Below, piece by piece: positions 14,364 to 24,833 of a stretch of DNA of 64,000 nt. The notes beneath the pieces are model-generated. The model did no database searches, was not told the DNA's origin, and saw nothing but the letters and a program-made list of their open reading frames with translations. Each line of letters starts with the position of its first letter. Positions within the stretch are counted from its first letter, which is position 1. The DNA is taken from assembly GCA_977030845.1 (NCBI GenBank), contig OZ365116.1, positions 19,902,001-19,966,000 on the forward strand. Reading direction: 5' to 3'. This stretch comes from Fimbriosthenelais zetlandica. Its lineage: Eukaryota. A program made the position numbers and the translations under genes.

Positions 14364-14910
14364 TTACGGAGCTTCTATAATTGGTGTTGTGGAGGAACCT
14401 GCTCGCACTGGGATCTACTTGAATAGTTTTGATTCTACCGGAGGGTCATTTGACGATCTTCTCCCGGTGAATCATAATGGAGGGGGGAATGGCCATTCAG
14501 GATCACCTCATGGAGTACATAGATATCACAGACCAGGAGTTGTTAACACTGGGGCAGTGTACCCTGTACCCGGCCAGGTACATGGCCATATAGTACAAGT
14601 ATTGGGGTACCCTCAGCATAGGGTGTTCCACCATCCAGTAGCACAGGCACAGCTGTTATCACCCGTTGCTGCATCTCATGTACATGTACCTGCACAGCTG
14701 TACTATCCTGCTAGAAATGCTTATAGACAGAATGCTAACCCACCTCGCCACCTCCACCACCATCACCATCCTATCATCAACATATATGCTGCCTCTCCCT
14801 GGAGAAAATATGAGCATTCAACTGCAACTACACTTCCTCCTCCAACTACTACAACTACACTTCCTCCTACAACTACCACTATCAGACGACCACATCCACC
14901 ACTAAATTAA
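14364..14910 (+). CDS. Terminal coding exon of a His/Pro/Val/Gly-rich low-complexity protein with HHHHH and a Thr/Pro tail; probably secreted
   Basis: Acceptor ttgtctctcccatag| at 14363; open frame (x)YGASIIGVVEEPARTG...RRPHPPLN* to TAA at 14910; about 20 His in the 173-aa track ORF; TTLPPPTTT/TTLPPTTTT repeat; ATTAAA near 15057. Confidence 0.7.
14825..14878 (+). repeat. 27-bp coding tandem duplication (TTLPP(P/T)TTT x2)
   Basis: caactacacttcctcctccaactact at 14825 and caactacacttcctcctacaactacc at 14852. Confidence 0.8.
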
Positions 14911-16031
14911 GGGACTACGCATTTCTACACAGTTTCAAATTAATCTTTAGATTCTGAAACTTAAAATGCTTGTTGGAGTACTCTATATATCTTAAAATTG
15001 TATCGTCTGACATAACTTTGGGTTGAAGATACAATAATAACATATGATATCACTGCATTAAAACATTTACAACTAACACATTATTGAATTTATTGAGGGT
15101 ATTGACGAGGGAGAGGTTTGATCAGGCATGTTAGAGGTACGGGTTGGTAACACCAGATACCAAGCTCTGACATACAGCTATAAAATACAGAGCTGCACGT
15201 GCCACATACAAATGCATGGCACCTGTAAATGCAAGGCCGTATAAGTATATATATAAACCTATAGTAATGATGAGGTGACCTTTACTGGTTTTAGGCCATC
15301 CAGGTTTGCTTGATTGGCTATTTGTTATAGTAATTATCACTGTTTTATCTTTTGCCGAGTCGAAAGCAATGAGCAAGGGAAACGTGACTCATTAAAAAGA
15401 CAAGTCTTTGATTGAGCTCATCATTGGCAAGCCATTCTCTAACAATAACATGAGGTCATAATATATAATATATGTAATAAGGTTGAAGTTAAATTGAGGT
15501 TGAATTTCAATGGTGAATGGGCTATTGAATAAACATTAACAAAGTTGTCCATGTCCAGGGTTCTGTCTGTGACTGAGATCATAAAGGATCTGTATGAAAT
15601 ATCGGGGACAAACACCTCGAAAAGAATTTAAAATATTTAATCCACACGCATACAGATCATAGCGGATGTGTTTTACTGTCTTTGCATGCAGGTCTGTACC
15701 TCCTCTTAAAGGTCCATCCTTCCTTTGAGTAAAAAATGTAATTAGTTCAAACCATGTGATGGTCGTCTCATATAGAAATTAGCTGGTCATATATTGACAC
15801 TATAACTTGGTGGCCTGGAGAGCGAGCATCGTACAGTGATGGTCTATTACACGGTGATAAAGTCGCGTGCCAATCTTTAGATCTCACCAATGACAATTAC
15901 AACCTGGATCATTATTTCATGTGTGTATGGCTCAGTCACATTAGGTAGTAAGCTGCAGTGAGGATACACATACAAACCAAACCTTCTCACTTTCGGAGTT
16001 TCCATATGAAACTGACATTTGGTGAAGGAGA

Positions 16032-16117
16032 ATGATGCCAAGCAAAGTAAGGATGTTTGTGGCAGTTGGATTTCTGACATTTTGTCTGTTGTTTCAAGGG
16101 ATTCAGGGATCCAAAAG
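16032..16117 (+). CDS. Exon 1 (signal peptide) of a 649-aa secreted protein: MMPSKVRMFVAVGFLTFCLLFQGIQGSK(R)
   Basis: ATG at 16032; basic n-region, hydrophobic h-region and small-residue c-region; canonical AG|GTAAGT donor at 16118; the phase-2 intron (16118-16229, 112 nt) joins in frame to the large downstream ORF. Confidence 0.88.
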
Positions 16118-16229
16118 GTAAGTTGTTTTTTTTTACCAGAAATTACGTAATATGGCAAGTAAGTAATAATTCACAAATATACTTCCACATTGGAACATAT
16201 TGACACCATTGCTTCCCTTTCAACCACAG

Positions 16230-18093
16230 ATATGATGATAACTGGGGTCTCCAAGTACGGACGGGAAAATCATGGGATACAGATTTGTCTGATAGTTACT
16301 TCGGTGCAGGCCCCGATGGTGTCTTCACCAAGGAGTACAGGGACTACAAAGATGAGATAGGAAATGCTCCCTACACCATGGACAAAAGATTCCACATGGA
16401 CATGTATTCCAGCAAAAGTTCAGATGACTTTTTTCGAAAACCTCACAGGCACTCTGGAAATAGACTCAATAATCTGTTCAAGTTCGGGGCAGATAACAAA
16501 GAAATCGGTACGCGCAAGGTGGATGAAAGGCGAAATAGTTTTCACCAAAAAGATCGGAGGCGGAAGAAAGGGCAGTTGAAGGGAAAACTACACGCGCAAA
16601 AAGTAAAACATAAAATGGACTATTCGTTTTCAAAGAACTCCGCTCCTGACTATTTTGCCGAACTGGAACAGTTTAAGAAGGGTCTCCGAGATCTTTCACT
16701 CAAGATCGACCATACTTATAAAAGGAAATTTGTACAAGGAAAATCTCTTCCCAAAAGCGATTCTTTTGCTCTGAAAAGTACAGTAAAGAACCAAGTTAGA
16801 AAGAAACACCCTGGACATAAGAGGGTCACAAATACACGAAAGGATGCATTTCTAAATGGCCTGACAATGAATCTCCCACAAATAAAAGATCAAAGGCCAT
16901 CCCAGCAGAAAGTGGAACAGTTTACTCTCAGAAACAACAACTATTTCCCAGATACAAGTTTTTCAGTGAAGGGCTTTTCCAGTCCAATGCCTGAGATGTC
17001 TGGTTCACTCCGTAACCAAGAAAACAAGCAAGAAAATTACCAATTTGATTTTCCTGACATTCCATCAAGAGAAATGTCCGACTTTTCGGCAGGTGCTTGG
17101 CAGGGCAGTAAGATGGAGTATAGACCCCCGCCCGGGTTTGATTCTAACCCTTACATCATCGATGCTCGAAATCAAAACCAACAAATAAATCAGGTGATAA
17201 ACAAACACAAATATCCTGGACAAAATAGAATGTTTGAAAATAAACCTGATTATAATGATTTTGGTATGCCAAAGCCATTGGATTTCAAGGTATTTGAACT
17301 AAATGAAAAACCAACCCTCCCAAGTTTTCATCCCAAAAGGATGCCTCAATATTCAACTATAAATAACAAGTTGAACTCAGCAAATCCCCCTCCAGGAAAT
17401 TACGAAATGAACGGTTGGTACCAGGATCAACCATTTGAGAAGTCAAGGATGTCTCATGGCCTTCCAAGGGAAAATCTAGTTTTCCCATCACCTCCTCCTC
17501 TTCTTCGTACTAGAAAACCAGAAGCAAGGCGCCATCTGAGGAAACTAATACATAAAATGGAGAAGGGAATTGATACTTCGGCCCCGAGGTCAATGAAAAT
17601 ATATGGACCACCTGGAAAGGTGCGACCTCAACCATCCTTCAACAACCAGGCTGTTCAGATGGCTCCTCCAATGGTAGAGAGAACCCCACTGAGGGAGAAT
17701 CGTGTATTCCTACCAAACAATGAGCATATGAATGTGGAAGTAACACAGGATTTTGATTTCGAGAGGGAAAATATGTTCGGTCCAAATCATCAGGAAAGGT
17801 ATAAGGAGTTTGCTGAGCCACTGCCAATACAGCAGGTAGAGGTGAGGGAGGTGAGAATACAGCCTCAAACACCCAGGCCGTTTGACGGGGTAAACGGACG
17901 GCAACACCAGCAAGAAAACGTCTTTGTGTCACACGGAGTTCGCAAGGTTCCTCTCAAGATGTATGGACTTTCAAAGGAGGTAGCGGACGGCACGCACCTA
18001 CCCACGGGTCTACATGCCATCATCCAGACCCCGCAGTTCAGGAGGTTCATTCAGACATTAGCTGATCAAGAATCAACCGAGAAAAATAACTGA
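16230..18093 (+). CDS. Exon 2 of the 649-aa secreted protein; Cys-free, basic N-half, Pro/Asn/Gln/Phe-rich C-half
   Basis: Acceptor gcttccctttcaaccacag| at 16229; 620 further open codons (YDDNWGLQVRTGKSWDTDLSDSY...STEKNN*). No known domain recognised. Confidence 0.92.
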
Positions 18094-18779
18094 AACTGAT
18101 TGATTAATCTGTATATAGACTGTATACAACACGTGTATAAATCTTTCACATAAGCAATACTTCACTTCAGTTTCTATGATGTAAGTGACTTTCACTCTTG
18201 CCGTAGGTTTTGACATTTCGTTCTTGCGTGTATATAAATCTATATAACTTTAGACTGTCTGGGGATTTAGACTGTCGTTCTGAGGATTTAGACTGCTGAC
18301 AAATTGAGAAAGTTCCTCAATGCTTTTTGATTAACTAGGGACGTGACAAGACGTTATAGTCGTAACCAGAGCGGATGTAGGTTGTCCCTATCATCAAATT
18401 TGATTATGTCGGTGGACTACTAGGATCATTTCGTCCTAAACTGACCGATGCACTTCGTCAGTTGAATGTAGATTGTAACAGCAATGAGAAATGATCTCAG
18501 GGATTAAAGGTTTATGAGAACACAAATGTTTCAAATGAAAATATATTGGTTTAGTTGTGGAACATGCCTCTTATATTAACGTTTAAAAATACTATGTTTA
18601 TATTGACTTATACTGTATCATAATGTAAACCTAGCTTATCTTTGTATAAATGCCATAAAAACGTTATCACTTCCTTCTTTCATTTATAAGGAAGAGCACT
18701 GGCAACTACCTAGTATTAGTACACTACTAGCTCGTTTTCATGCACTATACTAGGTTCAATATTTCCCCGTAGTGAACGC

Positions 18780-18890
18780 ACCAGAAGTCGCTCCAGACTG
18801 ATGATGGTGCACTGTAGTCGTTTTACCAGGGTTTGAAACCTCTCCTTCCGTGCCAGAAGCAGGCACGTTACCACTGAGCTATGAAGGTGC
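18780..18890 (-). mobile_element. tRNA-derived SINE-like head or degenerate tRNA pseudogene
   Basis: On the - strand: A-box TAGCTCAGTGG (18881-18871), a 5-bp stem/7-nt loop GTGCC-TGCTTCT-GGCAC (18866-18850) and a B-box-like GTTTCAAACCC (about 18839-18829). D-stem and acceptor stem do not pair, so it is not an intact tRNA. 3' boundary uncertain. Confidence 0.5.
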
Positions 18891-20028
18891 CTGTTATACA
18901 GGGTGGGAAATGAGGGTTTTATCTTGAGACTGGCCAAGTGACCTCATTCACCGACCTCCTAGGTGTCACATGGGTGTCCTCAGTAGGTCAGTCTAATATC
19001 AACCCTCCTCCTGTTTATGTTGCTCCTGGTCCCACCCTCCTATAGTGAGGTGTAAATCCATCACTTGTAACTCATTAAACCTGCCACCAACCTCCTCCAC
19101 CCTTCCCCTGACTCTCTTACCCCAGATATACCTCATTCTTGCTCCACTGACCCTATAGGGTTGTAATGCGAGTGCATTATTATAATCTCCTACTGTACAT
19201 ATTGCAAGGAGAAAACCCTAAAGTATAAGGTTATGTAATCAAAGTTAGTTGTATCACTTTCACCTCCAAATGTAGGGTAATATTTCGGTCAAAGTAGAAA
19301 TTGGCATAGAAGAGGAGTCGAAGAACATAAGTCTAATGTGTATAAAGAGCGTGCACTATTACTTTCCACTCATCCAGAGAAGGAGGGGTAGGGAGGAGGG
19401 GAGGTGGGGTGAATCTGGTGATAGGGAGAAGCTCTCGTCTATATGTGGTGTGCACTATTGAGTTGGTGCTGTAATGGGAATGACATGTTATGCCTGATTA
19501 TTTCAGGCCCTCCTTATTACTCTAGTAAGAATTGGTTGTTCCTCCTGGATAAATGAGATAAATAAAGAAAGGAAACAATTCTAATGTAGATGTATCCCAC
19601 AAACAGGGAATACAAATTAACAATAGTGACCCAATAAGTTATAACCAATCTATGTAAAAATGAAGGAAGACAATAACAGTGACCCAGCTGTCTCATGGAA
19701 GTCAACGCTAACTAGGCTGCAGTGACCTCAATAAATGACCTAGCTCGAATCAGGCGACATGGGAGTAACTCTTCCGTGCACTGACCTCCTTTTGACTGTC
19801 GCAGTGCTGACCCTGGAGGATGTGTGTGTATGACCAGAGACCATATAAGTGTCTGGTATGACACAGGGGTCTATGAGTGTGTACATGTTGGGTGAAGCAG
19901 GCGGAAAGGTGGATGAGTGGCTACGAATGTGTAGAGGGGACAAATATAGTCAAAAGTCATCAGTTCTAACTCATAACAAGTTAAAATACTTATCAGTCTT
20001 GTCTATTCTAATGTGTGACGTGTACTAA

Positions 20029-20155
20029 ACGCAATAGTGACCTCCACTGAATCCGGTACCGTTCACTATTGCTGACTCAGCCACGCGGCCTTCGGCCTTG
20101 TGGCTTTATCAGCAATAGTGAACGGTACCGGATTCAGTGTCGGTCACTATGGCGT
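20029..20155. repeat. Long near-perfect inverted repeat (47-bp arms) with an inner hairpin; palindromic MITE-like element
   Basis: Arms 20029-20075 and 20109-20155 match at 44/47; the spacer contains agccac..ggcc-ttc-ggcc..gtggct. Confidence 0.85.
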
Positions 20156-21589
20156 AAATATTTGGGCAAATTTAAGCTATTCTGTTGGAATTTGGCGCAT
20201 GTTCAAAAGTAATAAAATGCGGTGGTCCTAGGAAGCAGCGTGCACTGAGCATCAGTTAGCATGTTATCCCCAGGCATAAAAACTGTGCTTCATCTGACCC
20301 ATAACGAGGGCGGCACACCGATACACAACCCATTATCATCATGAGAAGGAAATCCCAGGTTCTCCACTCACTCATCAGGGCATCACATGTCAACGGACGG
20401 AACTCGGGTTGTAATAATGAATATTTCCTGGTCTCTTTACTCGACTAATCAGGCAATACGGTAATAAGGACTTTTATATTAAGGACCTGTATTGATTTTA
20501 TGATAATATCAATTATGATTGAGGAAAGGAGGTGATCAACCCATTATGGCTAACTGCATTTTGATCATTCTTCATTCCTCTAATCTTATACATATTTCAG
20601 ATAGTGGAAATCATGGCTCAATCATGGGGAGGAGATGCAACAGTACAAGCGTGAAAACTGTATAATCAAATGCTTCCTAGCATAGTAGAGGCTGTATGCA
20701 CATTGCATTCTTTCCCTACAATGTCTCAGTGATTCGAGTAGACTTCATTAATGCAGCAGGCTTTCAAGTCTGAGAATAGTTATTGCCGCGTGCTGTCTCT
20801 ACCCTGCTAGTTAAATCAGATATGCAGTGAATGCAGGTAGCTGCTGATGGATCAGAAAGCTCCATTCTCAGAAATTCATATTAAACTCATTTATTATTCT
20901 ATCGCAGATTCTATTCAGATCGCAGAGAAATGAATGTCTTTCTGATCAGCATGAATGGAATGTAACATTTTTTAAAAAGGGCAACTTGAGTCTATCCGTG
21001 ATAAGAGACTGTGTTTTTGTAGAGTGGGTGGAGGGGTAAGAACTGGATTGCCACTTGTATTATAGGCCACCGACATGCCTCACTCAGCTTCTAGCCATCA
21101 CTAAGTGTGAAAGGTACAAGACCACCCGATAATAGGTATCACTTCACTCCACCAATACTCTCTACATTATTATCCTTGTATACATCAATATCATTCATTT
21201 ATAGAATGATGGGAATGACAATACAATAATGGGTGATGGATGAAATAATTCACTATTGGTTCCCAATAAATTAATTCAATTAAAAGTCGAATTAATTATT
21301 AAACTTTAACAATCATACTTGAATGTATTATAGCTAGTAGGCCGATAGCTCTCTCAGATTAACTAGCTGAAGTCCATTTTTAAACAAAGTTCCGTCTGTT
21401 TTAAAGGAACATACAAAAATGGAACTTTGCTGTTTTAGTGGAAGCACAGCTGGTTCGCATCACACAACAAAAAACAATGCTGGCCATTCCAGCTAAAGCA
21501 CAATGGTGTTTTAGATTAATATAGGAACTCAAAACACATTCACCCCTGACATTCAGGTATACAGGCTATGTATGAAGGGTGTAACATAC

Positions 21590-21661
21590 CTGGAGGAATC
21601 TGCGCGTGGCCATGCGGAGATTGGCAGGGTTGGGTATATCCACCAGCGTAACACTCTTCAT
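21590..21661 (-). CDS. Candidate short first coding exon MKSVTLVDIPNPANLRMATRRFLQ
   Basis: ATG at 21661, strong phase-0 CAG|GTATGT donor, promoter-like GC-box/CRE region 0.8-1.3 kb upstream on this strand. An alternative open frame with an acceptor at 21717 also exists. Confidence 0.35.
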
Positions 21662-22429
21662 TATGACCACAACTTCTTACTCCTATATCATATATACTGG
21701 CCTGGACGACTGAGAAGCTAGGAAGGGGAGGAGGAAGGCCTGGGAGGGCCAGTGGTGGAGATGGTAAGCCAGCCAGGTGTGTATAAGTGTCTGTGGATCA
21801 TATATATGTGAAGGGTGGAGGTGGTCCGGGCAGGTAGAATCTCTCATATACTCCTCTCACTGAGCTGTGCTGGAGAAAGTCTTATCTGGTGGAGTCTGAG
21901 ACGCTGTGAGCAGCTCTGATGGTGGAGTCTGAGTGGCTCTCACTGTGATGGGTGTAATCTCCACTACTATAGATACTCAAACCATTACAAACTCCACCTA
22001 CCTTCTATTAATATGATTGACGCAAGACTGGCCTACTTTAATTAAGGCTAATTAATGGTGAATACATAATGCTCTCACAGAATTCAGTGAAAGGCATTTG
22101 AACTGGACTTCGTGGGAAGACATTTCATTGTCCATCAGTCCATTCTGATGTATTCAGAATTCGATTTTATCTTTTGAATGGATCTACATGTATATAGCAC
22201 ATGTGAGCATAGCCCAACAAAAACATGTTATGGGGCATATATCACAGTGGTTAATCAGCGGAAGATGGATGGGTGTGAATGTTTGGCATTGTTGGGGGTT
22301 TGGCTTGAGGGATGTGGCCAAGTGGTGAATATATCATACAAAACATCTACAGTACACAAAACAAATAGACTATGTTGAGTAATGTCTACTATTCTAGTAA
22401 ATACGGTAGTGATGGCCAGTGGAGAGGCC

Positions 22430-22935
22430 ACGGTCCGCCGCGTGTAATAATGAGAGTGGGCGATGACAGGGACCAGCAGGGCGGGGTGTGGGGGCGCGGG
22501 GCAAGGCGGGGTGTGGGGCGGGGTGCGGGGCGCAGGTCACCCGACGGCCAGACAAGTATTCTACTAAAATCAATATCAACTTATGGCACAAAATGACCAA
22601 CTGGATACTCTCCTCTGGCAGAGGTTACTCCGCCTAATATCAAGTCAGAGAATGATATCTGAAAGGAGACCTCCAGGAGAACCATCCAAGGGTTGGGAGT
22701 TGGGGTAACTTTTCCCAATTTAATCAGGGGAACAGCCATTATTAAATAGAGCAGCCACACATTGGAGGGCCGGATACTGAGGTAGTTATCACTGACCTAG
22801 CCCGACATTCCCCTACCTGTAGTTATAGATGGACCGGTGGGGAGCAGCGTTTTATTTGAGATCGGATCAATATTATTTAGATGTAAAACAAACTGATATG
22901 TTCCTCATGTGAGGCGACGCTCCACAATGACGTCA
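22430..22935. promoter_or_regulatory. CpG-rich GC-box/KLF cluster plus a full CRE (TGACGTCA 22928-22935)
   Basis: Tandem ggcggggtgtgggg motifs at about 22480-22535 in an otherwise CpG-poor background; perfect CRE. Motif match only. Confidence 0.4.
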
Positions 22936-24805
22936 ACAGGTCCCGGCTGTCCTGGGTGGCTTTACTCTCACACAAGACAGCGTAATGAAAGACTGCGAAA
23001 ATAGCATAGACCTGTAATCTAGTCCTGCTATTCTATCACAACCTGTCTATATAGAAATATCTTCTGTTGAGAGATGGTTGGCAATAGTATTACACTGAAC
23101 CATTTTCTAAGTATTCTTTTCAAAGATTACAGACAAAGGTTTTTATAACATCACCATGGGGTGGTCTAGAATATTCAGAATAAGCAGCATAATCCTTCCA
23201 ACCTTTTTTCTCTTTAGTTAGAGGAGAGAAATCCAGTTAAGCCAGCCATTGGAACGAAGAATGGGCTAGCAATGGCAATGGCGAAGTCAAGTAAATGCTA
23301 GCACAGGATAATTTAATGAGTTTCCTCCGAAGTGAAACGCACTTCCAAGGTAATTTTTTGCCAGTTTTCTATAGTTTCTGGTATTACTCAGAGCAATCTG
23401 TATACAGTGGGGTATTAACCAGATACCCTCTGACTCAATCCTACACCATTCATCACTGTCTCTCTTACAGTCATTGGACGCGGCCAGGTGGACAATTGTA
23501 TATGCAGATAGGTAAAGACTGCGTGGGAAGAGATTGGTGCCTGGGTCATGCAGGGTCTAAAGGAAAGGTGTTAATGGGAGTGGATTTGGTAATATAATCT
23601 CACTCTTGTGCATTTTAACTGCACTGAAAATCCCCTAAAAATCCCCTAGAAAAATTATCAGAAATGGCTAGTAGTCAATAATCCACGAGTGCAAGTGTCA
23701 GTGGAAAATATGGCGTAGATGCACAAGTTTTTCTCCAAGAAATAAGGTCAAGTTCAAATACTTCCCTCCACTTGTTATTTTTTCCTGGAAGTTAGGTCGC
23801 ATATGGGAATATTCCAGCGTGGAGACGGAGGCATGGGAGAGACATGTGCATGTGTATGCTCAGGTGTATTGGTATTGTGAGGAGAAGTGTGTATAGAGAC
23901 CACTTGTAGCACCTGTATACCATGGAGTATGTGGGGGGAGGTAGAGGAAGGTGTCATCAGGAGGGGTCTCCGGGGTCAGCCTACCTCACACCAATCACTG
24001 CACCATTCTCACCCATTATTTATATAACACACTCAGGTCTCCCTACAGGGGGTGAGGGGCGGGGCATGTCAGTCCAATGTCATGGATATGTGATAACACT
24101 TATTATACATGGCGGTATAATGGGTGAATATATGACTAAATGTCAAGTGGTCATCAATATCAATAACATGGAGACAGGCCACGATAACAACACAGGGCAA
24201 GTCAAGATGAGGGAGGTGAAAATCAACAAAAGACAGTTGAATATTTAAATGTTATTCGAAGATATGAATTACTATAACTAACTGAGATAAAAAGTGATTG
24301 GACATGGGTTTACAAAAAGTGTAGTGGGAATAGTGTTAGGTCCGGGGGCATGCCAAGACGCTGGCTTCACTTTTGGCTGGTGTCAGGCGTTCTTCCACAC
24401 AAGTGGCTTCTCTCACAGACCATCAGAAGCCAGCAGCAGTGACTCAGTGAGCGGAGGAGGGCCGGCCAGCAAGGCATGCGGCGAGAGAAAAAACATTCCA
24501 CCTCTTTGAATAATGTTAGTTCAGGGTTAACAAACTTTTCTACATGCAGGTCTGCTCTTGATAGTTTTCATTCTCTACTGAATCACTTCCATGATTTCTA
24601 CTTTCAAACATTTCTTTATATATCCACAGATAGTCCCATATCAGTTATGGCAATCAATTGAGAAACAATTGCGGTGGGAAGATTATATCCTGAACATATC
24701 TTCATAAGGAAAAATTATTATTTTGAAAGTCACTGAGAATAAATCATACAAGTTATTCTACAAGAAAAAGTTGCAGCCTAACACCTGTCAAAACTGGCGG
24801 TGTAT

Positions 24806-24833
24806 TGTGGGAAGCCGGTTTGTGATGACGTCA
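24806..24833. promoter_or_regulatory. CSL-type site (TGTGGGAA) next to a full CRE (TGACGTCA 24826-24833)
   Basis: Motif matches only. Confidence 0.25.

Noticed and set aside
16364-18050. Short overlapping ORFs within the 602-aa ORF
   Set aside because: Alternative-frame or antisense by-products of the main CDS.
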